Origin: Auanema rhodensis
Lineage: Eukaryota > Animalia > Nematoda
DNA length: 64,000 bases
Reading direction: 5' to 3'
NCBI GenBank assembly: GCA_964057225.1
Contig: OZ059895.1
Span: 5,766,001-5,830,000, forward strand
Part shown: positions 40,704 to 55,133 of the stretch, piece after piece
Position numbering within the stretch: position 1 is the stretch's first letter
Layout of the letters: each line of letters starts with the position of its first letter
Notes under the pieces: model-generated
What the model saw: only the letters and a program-made list of their open reading frames with translations
What the model was told of the DNA's origin: nothing
The model's database searches: none
Program-made: the position numbers and the translations under genes

Positions 40704-43700
40704 ATGAGCTCGTTACCTAACGAACAATTGGAAAGTCGTAATGTCAGGGCTTCATCCATTAACAGTAATAAATCGTCCAAGAAGAAAAAAAATAATAGGT
40801 AATTGGGTGAAACAGCCATCATTAGAAAGATTTTTCTATAATTCAGAAAGAAAAAAGCCAAACAATGGACATATTATATAGAAACATTTAAGAGTGCTAT
40901 CGATTGTTTGTATGAAATATGCCGGAAGGAGCAAAGCATTTCAGCTTGCAAGGTAACAAGTATGCCAAATTTATCAATCATTAAATGTTTTGAAGGAATC
41001 ATTGATGTATTTACAAAATGCTGAAAAAGATTTTCTTTCTCTTATTGCTGCAATCAATTTAGAATTATCTTTTAATACTCAAGATAAGTAAGTAATTAAC
41101 ACTAGTGGTTTTCTTTTCATATAAAACTTCCAGACCACAAGCTGTAGCTTGGGAAGTACGAAAATCTATTAGTTCACCTAATCATTTACTAAGCGAGAAT
41201 GGAACACCAGCTTTAATCAATGTGTTGCCCATGTTAGTTCCTTTTTTTAGTCTTTTTTAATAATTAAGAGCTTAGGTCTCCTATGATTATAAATGACATC
41301 ACATTAACATCTAAAACTGATGCTTTAACAGGGGAAAGAGGTGAGCTTTTTATTCATTTATTCATCATAAAATTAAGATTATTGTGTAATTTTTTTTAAA
41401 TGTATAAGTTTCTAGATTTGGATGAAGGCTGGCAACTTGTTAGAGGTCGACGACGGAAAAGTGCTAGCTCTACTGGAACAAGCGATGCTTTCGATACTGA
41501 TAGTCGTTGTAGTTTGGATGAAACAACAGTATCAACTTATTTATTTTAAATCATAATTATACCGAATTATAGACAAAACGACAGCTTACTGTTTATGAAC
41601 GGCTTTCTGCTAATGTTAGTTCCTGCCGCAAACATTCTACTTCTAGTCGCCCTAGTACCACTTCATGCCGAGGATCAACTAGTCGGCCTAATTCTGCTAG
41701 GCTAACGTGCCCCAAAAGTGCTATGGATCTACCACAAACAAAGGTTCTTTTTAATCAAAATTAACGAGGTTATAAAAAATATACAGGCTTCTATGGCAAA
41801 AATGGCATATTGTCGACAGCGAATTTGGGAAAAAGATATTCAACCATCCTTGGCTGAAAAGCTTAGAGCTAATCAGAAGAGGTTACTAATAAACGCTTTT
41901 TTTGAAATAATACGGCTCTTTAAAGAGAAAGGTTGCAAAGAGAAGCTATTCCTACCAAATGCGGGTTAAACTTTGCTGATCCCTCTTCGGTACGCGTTCG
42001 AGCAAAAGAATTCAATGATAAAAAGAAACAGGTTATATTTTTTATCTCTTATGTATTAGCTTTTGATTTATAGCAGATGAGACAACAATGTGCTTACTCG
42101 GAAGGTCATCGTCGATCCTTACAATCTATATGCGAGAACGTTGAAGGAGAAGATCAAGATGTTGTACCGTCAGATCCGAAGCCTTCCTTCGTTCAAGCTT
42201 CAAAGTTAGTATTAAGCTTTAGATTTTTGCTCCATATTCTCGTTGTTAGGTCGGATTCTCCGAGATTAGACAGAACAATATCTAGCATAACCATGGATAT
42301 GGAGGATGACTCTGAATGGGGCAAAATGACTGAGGAAGAAGAATCATTAGCTATGGAAGAACAAAGTTTAAACTTGGAGATTGAAAAAGTTTTCGATATA
42401 GTTGAATAAGTATAAAAAGGTAAAATTTAAGGCTGAATCAGAGCTTGAGTCAATAGATGCAGAATTGGCTAGACAAGTTGAAGATGAGGCTGAACAATGT
42501 GAAATGACCAAGGTTGTAAATGAAGATTTCTTAAAATGAAAGCAATAATTTTCTGATTTCAGGATGATGGTGTTATGTTTATTCCAACAGGGAAAGGACA
42601 ATACTCTCAAATGGTTAAGAAACTGGAAGGTAAATATAGTCGTATAAGAAGTAAAATATAGTAAAATATATTTGGCTACAAGAGCTAAGTTTTTGTTCAG
42701 ATGTTAGGGTACCCACCTTGATATTTGATCATCTCATTTGTGTGGCCTTGAAAACAGTTTGAACACCGGAAGTGTGATTGTTTAGGGATTTTTGCACTTA
42801 TTATTGTTTGAACACTTGACAGATTCAAAAAATGACTTTTCCTTCGGTTATAAATTGATATTTTGAACTTTCAGAGGACTTTAAAACTTTTTGCCATGAA
42901 TCATGGAGTGAACTAGTAGAAAAGGAGTTTGCTGGTCAATACAGAGTTCCAGGAACTGTTGTTGAGCGCCATGAAAAACTATGCTCTCCTAATAGAAGAA
43001 GGTATTTCAAAGATATAAATATTGCTCTACAAATATTCATAATAAGGTGCGAGAAAAATGACAGTGAGTTTTCCCTAAAACACAATGAAAAGCTTCGAAG
43101 AGCTCATGAAGTAAGGGAAAAATTGCAGTTGGAGAAATCACAAAAATTGAGAGAACTTGCTCAAAAGGTATTATAATTTGCTCATACTTCTTTTTAATTA
43201 TCTTGTTCAGAGAGAGGAAGTTCAAGCTAAGCGTAAAGAATTAACAGAAAGAAAGCGCGCACACCTTCAAACACGAATGGAGAGAGCTCAAGAAAACAGA
43301 GAAAAAACTATATCTCAGATTGTAAAGAAAGCCAAAGGAGATGAACAGAAGGTTGATTTTATGAGTCAAAAACAAGTAACTATGTTTTTCTAGGTTCTCG
43401 AAGTTCAGTTCATCCATAACATTCAAGAAGAGAACAAACGGTTCGATTTAATGATCCGTGATGCTGGTATTGAGGAAAGAAAACAATCTATGGCTGATCT
43501 ACGGGCTAAAAAAATTGAAGAAAAGGTTGCCAAAGAACAAGCAGCTGAAGAACGTCGTCGAATTGCCGAACAAGTAGAATTTATAAAGAAAACATCCTTA
43601 CCGATTGATTATAGACAAGGGTTACACGACTACAAGAATTGAATGAAAAGAAAGAAGCTCGTCACCTCCGAGTTACTAGAGAGCGTAGTCTTGCTGAAAA

Positions 43701-45900
43701 AGAGAAGAAAGATAAAAGACGTATGAGAGAACAGGTTTCTTTGGTCAATTTAGTTTCAATGTCTTCATGGCCTTCATTTTAGCTAGGAAAAGAAGCTAAA
43801 GCTTTAGCTTCTAAAAACGATATATTCAGCAATTGGATATCCTTATGTAACACAAATCAATGGGATCAACTATTTAATTCCCGAAAGGTGTATAAATGCC
43901 GTTTATGTAGTAGTGATGTAAGATCTTTTTATTTTGCATTGCCTTTTTCATATTTTTTTCAGAGTTTGTCTAATATTGATTCATTTGCTCATGCTTTACA
44001 AGACAATTGTGGAGGATATCTTAAACGATGTGATCAAATCATCACTACTGGCTATATGGTAATTGTACTGTTGCACTGTCATAATTGATTTTTTTAAGGC
44101 TCAACATATGGAATCTACTGTTCAGCTCATCAGCGAACAAGGAGCTCCATCTGTTAGTTCAAATTCTTCTGTAAATTTGGATGGTCTGGTTTCTAGGTTA
44201 TTTTTAGCTTGTTTCGAATCTCATTATTCCTTTTCAGTTCTCAAATTCTTCGTACTTCGTTTAGAGGGAATATATGCAATGTTGTGCCTTCTAAGGCAGT
44301 TAAAGACTTTATTTCTCTAGTCACAAAACCAACGAGTCGAAAAACTGAGGAGACTGTAGTGAAATCGATTGAGAGATTGATTGCGGAAATGCTTCAAAGC
44401 TCTGATAAGGTGAGAAGAGGAATACAACGATGAAGCAACATAGTGCCAGATGATATTATTATATTTTATTGTTATTGTGTCATTTTAGCAAGGTGGGCAT
44501 GATCTAGGCTCCGTTCTTCAGTTTCATATTGGAGATTTATTAAATTTTATTATTTCTTGGAATATTAATTTACGGTAAATTCATTTCTAGTATAAAAATA
44601 ATTTTCAAACATTTCAGGGTTCTTGGTAAACTAGTCTCATTAATTATTAAAATGATGGATTCGGAGTCTTTTGCTCTTCGATGCTTCTGTTGCGAACAGT
44701 TCAATGATATCTGTCGGCGAATCTATTCAGTGAAAGAGGTTAGTTTTTTCTTTCTTTCTTTATTTTTGTTTTGTTTACAGGCATCACCACATAGTTTACA
44801 CTTTTGTTCGATGTTGAGGATACTCGCTTCATGTTTTAAAGGAATTAATCTTGTAAATTATTCTTTGTTTGGCTTGGATGAACAGATCATTCTAGACCGT
44901 CTTCAAATTTTTCATAAGTTCACTCTATGGACATTATTGTTAATGATTTATTATTTCTTCAGAGTTCTGTCCCATTGCTGCAAAAATCTAAAACCCTCAA
45001 TAACTGGGCTATGGGATCGGTCTTATATTGAAAGCTTGGGAGAACTAACATTTGCCTCAATTCATAATTTGCATGTTAAACTTAGTTATAGGTTAGTTTT
45101 GATTTACAATTGATTTTTACTAGTTTGCCTCAGATTTCATTCTGATTTTTACGATATGTTTGTTGAAACTGCTTTGCAAAGAGCGAAATTATGGGGAACA
45201 TATTCTGAAAAACCAACTGATTCTAAAACGAGGGAAGAAATCAACCTATTCATAGCTTTATTAGGAAAACTGTTTAGTTTGGATCAGTCAAAGGAGGTAA
45301 TATTGAAATAATTAAATATATGCTATACATGTTATTCAGGAACTAATGCAACCTCCTGAAAGAATTATCAAATTATTTTGTGTTTTGTATTCTTTAGTTC
45401 GTTATTTATTTTTAAAATCTGAATCAGTTCTTACATTTAACCTCGATGAGCAATGCCTACAAATGTATAACATTGTCGAAAAGTTTGCAACATTTAGTTG
45501 GTCAAATCAAGTAAGAATTCTACTGAATGTCTTTCTTTTATATTATCATTATTTCAGCTTTTATGTCATCTAGAATGGCAGAATATTTCTATTTTATCCT
45601 TATTGGGTAGTGTATCTGTGCAATATATAGCTGAACCAAAATATAGTAGAATAACCATGCCAGCATTCATTGCCATGACTAAATCTTCTCGTAGTGCAAC
45701 TACGCTTTTTTCTAAAATAATCACATTGGAATACATTACAAGTTATATAAAAGTAAGTTAAAAACTAAATTGCCTGACGTTATTATGTTTTTTAGGATCT
45801 CTTGGAAAAGATACCTGATCAAGATAGTTCCAGTTTATCTTCTCTGAAAGGAAGTCTTGCTTTTTACGAGAACAGTGTTCAAAAGATTTCAAAAATTTAA
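40704..45900 (+). CDS. SCAPER: SCAPER (S-phase cyclin A-associated protein in the ER), about 30 exons
   Basis: SCAPER_N motif W.YYIETFKSAIDCLYEICRKEQSISACKESLMYL...RPQAVAWEVRKS. Also RVPGTVVERHEKLCSPNRR followed by a long K/E/R coiled coil. Confidence 0.87.
42704..42817 (+). ncRNA. Candidate intronic box H/ACA snoRNA
   Basis: Lies in an oversized 245-nt SCAPER intron. Layout: hairpin, H box AAAACA (42751-42756), hairpin with lower stem ttgaaca/tgtttga, internal pocket and upper stem aagtgtga/ttgcactt, then ACA (42812-42814). Confidence 0.55.
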
Positions 45901-46059
45901 ACACGGGTTAGATAGATCTAAGTGTAGCCATTTCATGATATCATATATGAATGTATAATGATTCTGTTTATTTTTCATCGAAAATGTTGGTCTGACCACT
46001 ACTTTATTTTATTGTTTCTTTTTTGTCTTGTTTTTCATAAACTGTAAAGATTTAGCTTA

Positions 46060-47915
46060 ATGATTGATCGCGATGAACTTTTAGCTGCTGTTCAAAAAGT
46101 TTTTAAAAATAGTAAAGAATGTTCTGTGGATGACCTTTCTAAGGCTTGCCGGTTTTGCGCTACAGATGAATCATGTTTAAATATTATCGAGGATGATGAA
46201 GTGGTTCGTTCTCTTCTTTCACTTACTCCACGTACACCGCCTTCTAGAATCTTTCCAATGCCTCTAAGAGTCTTCTGGAAATAGCTTTAGAAGGAAGAGC
46301 AGATGATGATCCCGAGGATCATCCGACAGATATACGAAGAGGTCGTCTAGCTCTGAGAACATTTATTAATGCTGCTAATCGAAGTGAAAAGTGTGGATGA
46401 TATATATTTATGTCTTTAATTTTTTTAAATAAAGACTTCGATCAGCTGTGGATCCCTCTTGCGCGATTCTTTGGAGAGCCTTAATTAGGATTCCCGACTT
46501 TTATGTTGAAGCATGTGCATCATTGGTATCAGTTGCTAAAGAGTTTCATACTGGTGAGATAATGTTTTGAATAACTAGCTCATCGTTAAAATTGTTGCAG
46601 CTTGCGCCTTATCTTCAGATTATTCACTTTTGCTTAATGATCTTGCTCTTCTTTGGGAAAAGTTAGAAGATAGATCGTGGCTTTCGGCGTTTTTCTCCAT
46701 ACATCTTGAGAAGGTTTCTATTTTCATATTTATTATATCTTCATATATATTAAGATCTTAGGACTATGCTTTCCTATCTCATTGTTTTGCTGAATTCTCT
46801 ACCCAGTCTTTTTGTGCTTTACTACGAATTACTGAAACGTTGGTTGATTCATCTGAACATAATATTGTTTTGCAAGTATGACATTGATTGTTCTTGCTTT
46901 AAAATGTATGCGTTTATTCAGATTCATGAAAATAATGTTTCGTTTTGTGTTGCTTTGTTGGAAAGAATCATGTTTGACATGGGTGAAGGTGATAAGGAGT
47001 TGGATATTCCAACACTTCTAGAATGTCTTATATATGCATCAGATACTATTGGTAAATAATTTTAAATTTACATTCTAATGTTCTAATGCTTCAGGTAGTG
47101 TGGCTCTGCTATCCTCCTGTAATGGAGGTTTGTTACTAAGTAATACAACAGCTGTTGAAGTTTTAGTAGACATTCTGCATTCCGTTAGCTATTGAGTTTA
47201 TTATTTTGAATCCTTTTTTTGTATTATAGGTGCTTGATGCTCAAGCAGTATATGAAAGAAAAAAAAGTGATACTTTCGTAAAACCATCATATCCAGATAG
47301 GCCAGAAAAGGAGGTTAATTACGTTCACAGAATTATAATTTGAATTTGTTTTCTTAGGTGCCTACTCGATTAGCTAAGGTAACGGAATCTAAAACAATGT
47401 TAGGTTTATCAAATGCGTTGCAAGCTAATGACATGGCATTGTTGGGAAACCTAAAATGTGCTGCCGTACGAGCAATCGGTAAATATTTCTTATCATTATT
47501 AAGTGTACACATCGTTATATAGGAAACCTTTGTTGTGACAGTCAAAAGAATCGAGTTGCAGCCGGGGCTCGAGGTGGTGTCATTGTTATATTAGGATGTA
47601 CAAGACTTTCGTCATTTGATAAACCCTTTATAGTAAGTCTAATCATCTTAATTTTAGTTTTAACTCGAAAATGTATAGATGCAATGGTCAATTGCGGCTC
47701 TACGCCATCTTTGTGTGGAATCAATAGAAAACCAAGAAATTTTATTGAGCATTGAACAGGTTTTTAATAATATTTATTAAAAACTTAACTCAATATTATA
47801 ATTCTCACAGAAACCTTGCGGAATAATCGATCGTGACAAACTCTTTAAGGAATTAGGTATAAGCGTCGAAGTTGACGAAGAAGGTAAAACGCGCATTAAA
47901 CAAGTTAGGCGGTAA
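46060..47915 (+). CDS. ATXN10: Ataxin-10 homolog
   Basis: C-terminal Atx10 domain: LKCAAVRAIGNLCCDSQKNR...GGVIVILGCT...DKPFIMQWSIAALRHLCVESIENQE. Confidence 0.88.
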
Positions 47916-48048
47916 CATTGTTGTTATTATGTTGTTAATAAATTGGTTGTTAATATTTCTTTCAAATTTTGATTTTGTGTATAAATCGCATAATCATACC
48001 GCTTTACGTTCATCAATACGCTGTATGATTTCCATTTTGTGAAGAACT

Positions 48049-51000
48049 ATGGATTTTTCTGACATAGAGCGTGCTGTATATGGAGAGGGAAATTTGGAAG
48101 ACGATGAGGAGTTGATGGCTGAGCTTTTAGCTTTAGAAGCGGAAACAAGGCATACTTTTGGATAAACATTTTCTCTTATTTTAAGATTTTAAGGACCGAA
48201 AATAGAGCAGTCAAAGTTAAACCCAATGTACCAACCCCAGCTGTCCGTACGAGGCCCGGACCAGTAGCTACAGGTCCACCAAATCCTCAAGATATTTCGG
48301 CATTACTAGGTTTGTTAATCCCTGGGTTATGATTCGGACTTTTTTAATATAAATAGTCTGCATGTTTTAGATGATGCTCAGTTTTCAATTGTGTCTGATC
48401 CAGGTGACGATGTAGAAGTTGAAGAAAGTGACGAACTTCTGGTATGTTTTTATTTATGACATAGATTTGTTTTTTTTAAGGCTGAGTTAAGTGAAGTCTT
48501 AGGGGATACTCCTGTCAATTCAACGAAATCTTCTATTCCGTCCGAAAAAGCTCCTACAGCTGTTACTAGTACCGAGTCTGCCTCTAATCCTACATTAGTG
48601 TATATGACTGAGTTGAAACAACATTATGAAAAAATGAAAGCTGCAAGCGATAAAGATGGAAATGCTTCGAAATCTCGCAGGTGCGGAATATTTTCTTATT
48701 AATTTTAATGCTTCTTTCAGACTTGCTCGACAAATTGAAACTTTTAACGAGCTAATCGGTAAAGCTAAGCGTGGTCAACAGATCAACTCTAATGATATTC
48801 CTCCTGCCCCCAATGGATGGGCTCCAGGAGCGGGACGACAAGTTAACGTAGAACCAACCGTGCCAACTCCATCTTTAGTTCCAATCAGAACTGTTTCCCC
48901 TAAGGTTTCGACGTCTTCTCCGATTGCAGCGCCTATTCAATCTCCACCGCCTGCTCCAACTGTGGCGCCTTCAGTTCCAGCTTCGGTTCCGTCTGCCTCT
49001 AATCCTACATTAGTGTATATGACTGAGTTGAAACAACATTATGAAAAAATGAAAGCTGCAAGCGATAAAGATGGAAATGCTTCGAAATCTCGCAGGTGCG
49101 GAATATTTTCTTATTAATTTTAATGCTTCTTTCAGACTTGCTCGACAAATTGAAACTTTTAACGAGCTAATAGGTAAAGCTAAGCGTGGTCAACAGATCA
49201 ACTCTAATGATATTCCTCCTGCCCCCAATGGATGGGCTCCAGGAGCGGGACGACAAGTTAACGTAGAACCAACCGTGCCAACTCCACCATTGGTTCCAAT
49301 CAGAACTGTTTCCCCCAAGGTTTCGACTTCTTCTCCGATTGTTAACGCAGAACGAACCGTGCCACCTGCTGTACCTGCCAGAAATGATAGCATACAACAA
49401 CCAGCTAGAAACCTTAATGTAGTTCTCGTATTTCAACTTGACATACCTGATCCAAAATTTCAGAATGCGAGCACAAAGAAACAACTAGTCAAGGAAACTC
49501 TAATTCGTAGACGCAATGCTTATGTTGCAAATGGCAAAGTAAGTTTGTTGTATAACCTTTTCTCATTTAAAAAAGTTTGTTTAAACCGTTACCATAAAAT
49601 TGAAACGAAAAGAGAAGATGTTGTAAATAGCATTGAACAAATTCATACTATCCTATCAGTCGTACGGATTTAAAAATAGAAGGAAAAATCAAAAAATTAC
49701 TTAAGGCTGCAGTTCAAGCTGGTGACAAACCAGCAGCGATGCAATTCGTTGAAGTTTCAAAGATGTTTGACCAAGCCATTGGGCTTTTGGAGACTGCCTC
49801 TGAAGATGATCTTGATTTGAGCGAATGTCCACCAAGCCCACCACCTTACAAGAAAAAAGTTATTCCAAAAACGTTTCTGGATGGATTAGAACAACGGAAA
49901 GCCACCTATGCCGAGTTGGTAGAAAAGTTTAAAAATTCGGGTGATGAACGAAAAGCAAGGTTGACTAACGATTTTTCGTGTTACTTTGAACATTTTGGAA
50001 TTGTAGAATGTATACCCGTATTATCGGAGAATATAATGAAGCAATCATGCTTGCACGAGCTGGAAAGCCCGTTCAAGTTGATGATCTTACATCTTTACCA
50101 AACATGCCTCCTTTACCGCCGCAAACTTCAGGTCCGTCTCCAAGCAGACCTACCAATGCTCAAATTACAAATACAGAGGCTTCTCCAAAAAGTATGTTTC
50201 ATGGATTTTATTTTTTTTCTTATCAGTACTTTAAGGAAAACCTCTTCCAGCAGTGGGGGTTATGGCATCGTCCGGTGAAGCCGGAAAATCCCGTAATCAA
50301 ACCCACTTAGAATTTTTGCTAAATCGTCAGAAGCAGTTTAGAGATGCTGCTATCATAGCTAAAAAGCAAGGCAATAACGAAGGAGCTAAACATTATCTAT
50401 TACAGTCCAAGGTTAATAATTAATTTCATAAATTAATTTTAATCTTGATAATTAGGGTTTCGATAAGATGATTACAAGAGCTAAAGCTGGGTTGCCTATT
50501 GATATTAAGGACACACCAATACCTCCTCAAGCTCTTGTTTCTACCACCACTCTAGAACCACGAATTGTCAGTAGCAGTAATAGTTCCACGGGAGTAGAAG
50601 GTACGCAAAAAGGATTCAATTTGGACATTTACTTAACAGTATACTACTTCACAGGTCGAGGAGAAGTATTATCTACGATAGAACAAACTCTTATAGAACA
50701 GGTAAAGTTTGCCGAAACAAATAGAATGCGATTTACCCGTCTAGGTGATGTAGGAAAGGTATTATATAATTAAAAATTTTCCTATGAAAATCGGAAACTC
50801 TACAGGTTAATATGTTTGAAAATTGGTCGAAAATTTCCAAAACAGATCTTTTGTTAATTCGAGAGGTTGCCAAGCAAGGACTGAAAGTTCCTAGGTAGCA
50901 ATATCGTCTACTGTTTGTTAATTCATTCTATGAATTCATAGATTTCAATATGAGATTAGGGATGTTCCTACAGCTGATTTACACCCAGATTTGGCGGAAG

Positions 51001-51612
51001 ATGTTTTGGAATTGACGATCAACAATTGCAGGTTCACATTTTCACATTTAACGAGATATTGAGATATTTGTAGAGATGTGCCTTTGCCTGCAGGATATGA
51101 GCCAAACCATGCAGCTATTTTTGTGAAATATTCTTTTCCATACCCAATGGAAGCGCACCAAACGGGCAAAACAAAAACTGTGAACGAGACTATATCTCCA
51201 GGTTTTGAACTTTACGTAAAAAGTAACTCGAAAATTCGGTTTAAGTTTTTGATGAAAAATTCCTTTTAAAAATTGGAGATCGTCGAAGTAGAGCACATCG
51301 ACTTTTAAGAGTATTGAAAAGAAGCCCATTGAAGTTGGAGGTGAATTGTTCACATTACGTCACTTTATCACGTGCTTCATGTTTCAGGTCTATCAAAAAG
51401 GTAGTTTCTTGCGAAGTGACAAACTCCTTGGTGTCTGTGAGTATAAACTTGAGGCACTCGAACAGAAAGCAGAAATCGTGGATTCAACTCCGTTAAAAGA
51501 TGGTCGTAAAGCAGTTGGGGGACTAATCAGTTTCAAAACTCGCGCTCGTGAACCACTTGGAGATAATAAGCTTCAAAATACAAAGCAAAAATGGCTTGTT
51601 CTTCTCAATTGA
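48049..51612 (+). CDS. CC2D1: CC2D1A/B / Lethal giant discs homolog (DM14 repeats plus C2 domain)
   Basis: N-terminal DDEELMAELLAL. DM14 repeats, e.g. LEQRKATY...KNSGDERKARMYTRIIGEYNEAIMLARAGKPVQVDDLTSLP. C2 domain: FVKYSFPYP...GKTKTVNETISP...VYQKGSFLRSDKLLG...DGRKAVGG...REPL...KWLVL. Confidence 0.9.
48576..49341 (+). repeat. Direct tandem duplication, period 415 bp (copies 48576-48926 and 48991-49341), including a 40-nt intron
   Basis: The copies are nearly identical over 351 bp, with about 6 substitutions, all in the 3' half. The introns 48681-48720 and 49096-49135 are identical. Confidence 0.95.
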
Positions 51613-51956
51613 TTTGATTGATTTAAATGTGTTTCGGGTCCTATCCTCGATTCGTACGAGTTTCTAATTAATAATTATTTTCGATTGTATGTAAAAGTGT
51701 TCTCTGTGATTTGTACAGGCATAACTGTCCCGATTTTTTTCAAATGTTATATTGCGTAGCGAGGACAACCAAAAATGCGTCAAGCATTTCTTGGTCACAT
51801 TACTGATTTTACTTAATCAGCAGTTTTTTTTTTCATATTTTTTACTGCTATTATATTTTTTTTTTCTTTGCTCATGTGGTTTCCTTTCGTGTGGATGTTA
51901 AAAAATATTAATATATTTATCCTTATTAACAGATCAGCATAAAATAATTATTTTAG

Positions 51957-52078
51957 TCTCACAGCGCGAGAATCCACGTGCGCGCCTTTTAGGCGGGGCG
52001 GCTGCGGAGCGGTCCTCGTGGATTGCAGATGCATTGAAATGGGAGCGAACGGTTCTCTCCATCCAGCCTGAAACAAGC
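51957..52078. other. GC-rich foldable island (structured 5' leader, ncRNA or promoter element) between CC2D1 and GOLPH3
   Basis: Sharp GC peak in AT-rich flanks. Closing stem aatccacg/cgtggatt encloses hairpins cgcct-ttt-aggcg and gggcggct-gcgg-agcggtcc. A further hairpin atgg...ccat follows. Confidence 0.5.
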
Positions 52079-52556
52079 TAGATATCTCAATTTAGCTTTC
52101 ACATTATATATTTCTTTTGCCGTCATTTAGTTCATTTCACTAATTATTCCTTAAAAGCTTACGAAAGCATTTAATTAATTTTACTAATTTGAATGCCTTG
52201 ACTTTTTTCTGTACGTAAAGTTTACTAGTTAGTAAACAGAATCTGATCTGTATGGAAAACTTCACAAGATTAATATATATCAAATATTTTCTCAGATCAA
52301 TTACATAGTTTTCGTGAATTGTGTTGATCTGTGGCGTACATTGTTATAGCGTCTAGTTGCTTTCGAGCTAAAAGTTTATCATTATTATCGTCTTTTAGTG
52401 ATTCACGTATCGTCTTTCCTAAGAATAATGTTTTCCCTTTGAATTTGAATACTGATTATTATATGAAAGTATTGGTTTTGACATTCATAATTAAGACGTT
52501 GTCACCCGGGTAGCTTCGTACTGAATTGTTGATTAACCAAAAAGTTTGCGGTAACA

Positions 52557-53842
<1,286 letters not shown>

Positions 53843-55133
53843 ATTTAGGTTGGTCTCTTTTGTTGACAAAAAAATTATGAGCTTTCTTTTCAGCCTTTCA
53901 TCATTGCAATAGTTTCCATACGAGGCGATTCCCATTCTTGTCACTTTAATTCTAAGGTTTTAGCTGATGCTTCTTTGTATTAATCTTGTATGGGTAAGGG
54001 ATGATTATTAATTACGCATTAGTTTTTCCGTTTATGACCTTTATGACCAAGTACAAATGATTTCCTCATACTGAGAGAGCAACACCGGTACCATGTTCAA
54101 TATCTTTGTTGCTTTCACCCTTGTAAAATTCAAGAAAGTCGTATATTATCATCGACCATTCTTTGAATCTTCCCCACATTGCGTTGCGGGACCATTTTAT
54201 TAAAATTTAAATATATATATATATACATAATTATATGCTATTAAGGAATGAATGTGATAATTAATTTGAATAATAAATAGATATATTTCACTATAAATGT
54301 GGCTTTCTATAGTTGAGTGCTGATTCGGAGCATGTGTTCAAACAGGAATGTTTTTCCAAATTTTTTGATCGTTGTCAAGAATATGAAAAAAGAACATTCA
54401 TCTTGGGCTGGAGAGTAGAACTAGTTTTTTATTGAAATGCAACATTGATCTTTACAGTGTATTGCTAGTAACTTTCCAATTGTCAAATATATCAGTTTTT
54501 GGAATCGCATCAAAAGCTTAAAATACTAATAACGTAATAGATAACTTGTGTTTTTAGTCGGGCAACCACTGGCCAAAGCTTAAAACCAATACCAATGTTC
54601 AGATAACAGAAATTCATAACTTTTGAAAACATGCGGAGCTTGATTGGTGTAATTTATTCGATTACTTTGATATAAATCTTTTTAAAGATTTGAAGATTCA
54701 TAGATATTTAGATCAAACATTATGCAATGAGTTTACGCTCAATTATTATAATAGATAATATCCAGTTTAGTGTGAAAAAGCTTGAATTACCCACAGAGAA
54801 GATAGAATTAGAAACTTACATTAATAGTGTATTAGACAATAAGACTTTATCCTTGGCACAATACTTTACATCTTGAGAAGAACAATCTTTAAATGCTAGT
54901 TGGATAACTTTATAACCGTGGATAAGTCTAGATAAGGAATCATTTTTTTAACATAACATACCGAGAATATGTTATGGTAATAGTGACGTCAAACCAGAAG
55001 GATCATGTTTCAAATGTCACAACACGAAAAGTGCGCAAGCGTCACGTGCGGGCGCATCTTGCTGTCGTACTTCGCCTCAGACGGAGGGCTTGAAGCTGCT
55101 CCTGCAAGCTTTCTGATATTGGATAATTTTATT

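Noticed and set aside
48576-49341. Tandem repeat as CRISPR-like array or transposon
   Set aside because: Two long coding copies inside a eukaryotic gene, with no repeat-spacer pattern.
51957-52078. GC island as telomerase RNA, HDV-like or hammerhead ribozyme, or DNA-elimination site (contains one TTAGGC and tcctcgt)
   Set aside because: No 1.5-repeat telomere template, no canonical H box, no P3 pairing around tcctcgt and no CUGANGA/GAAA core. One TTAGGC hexamer is not evidence.
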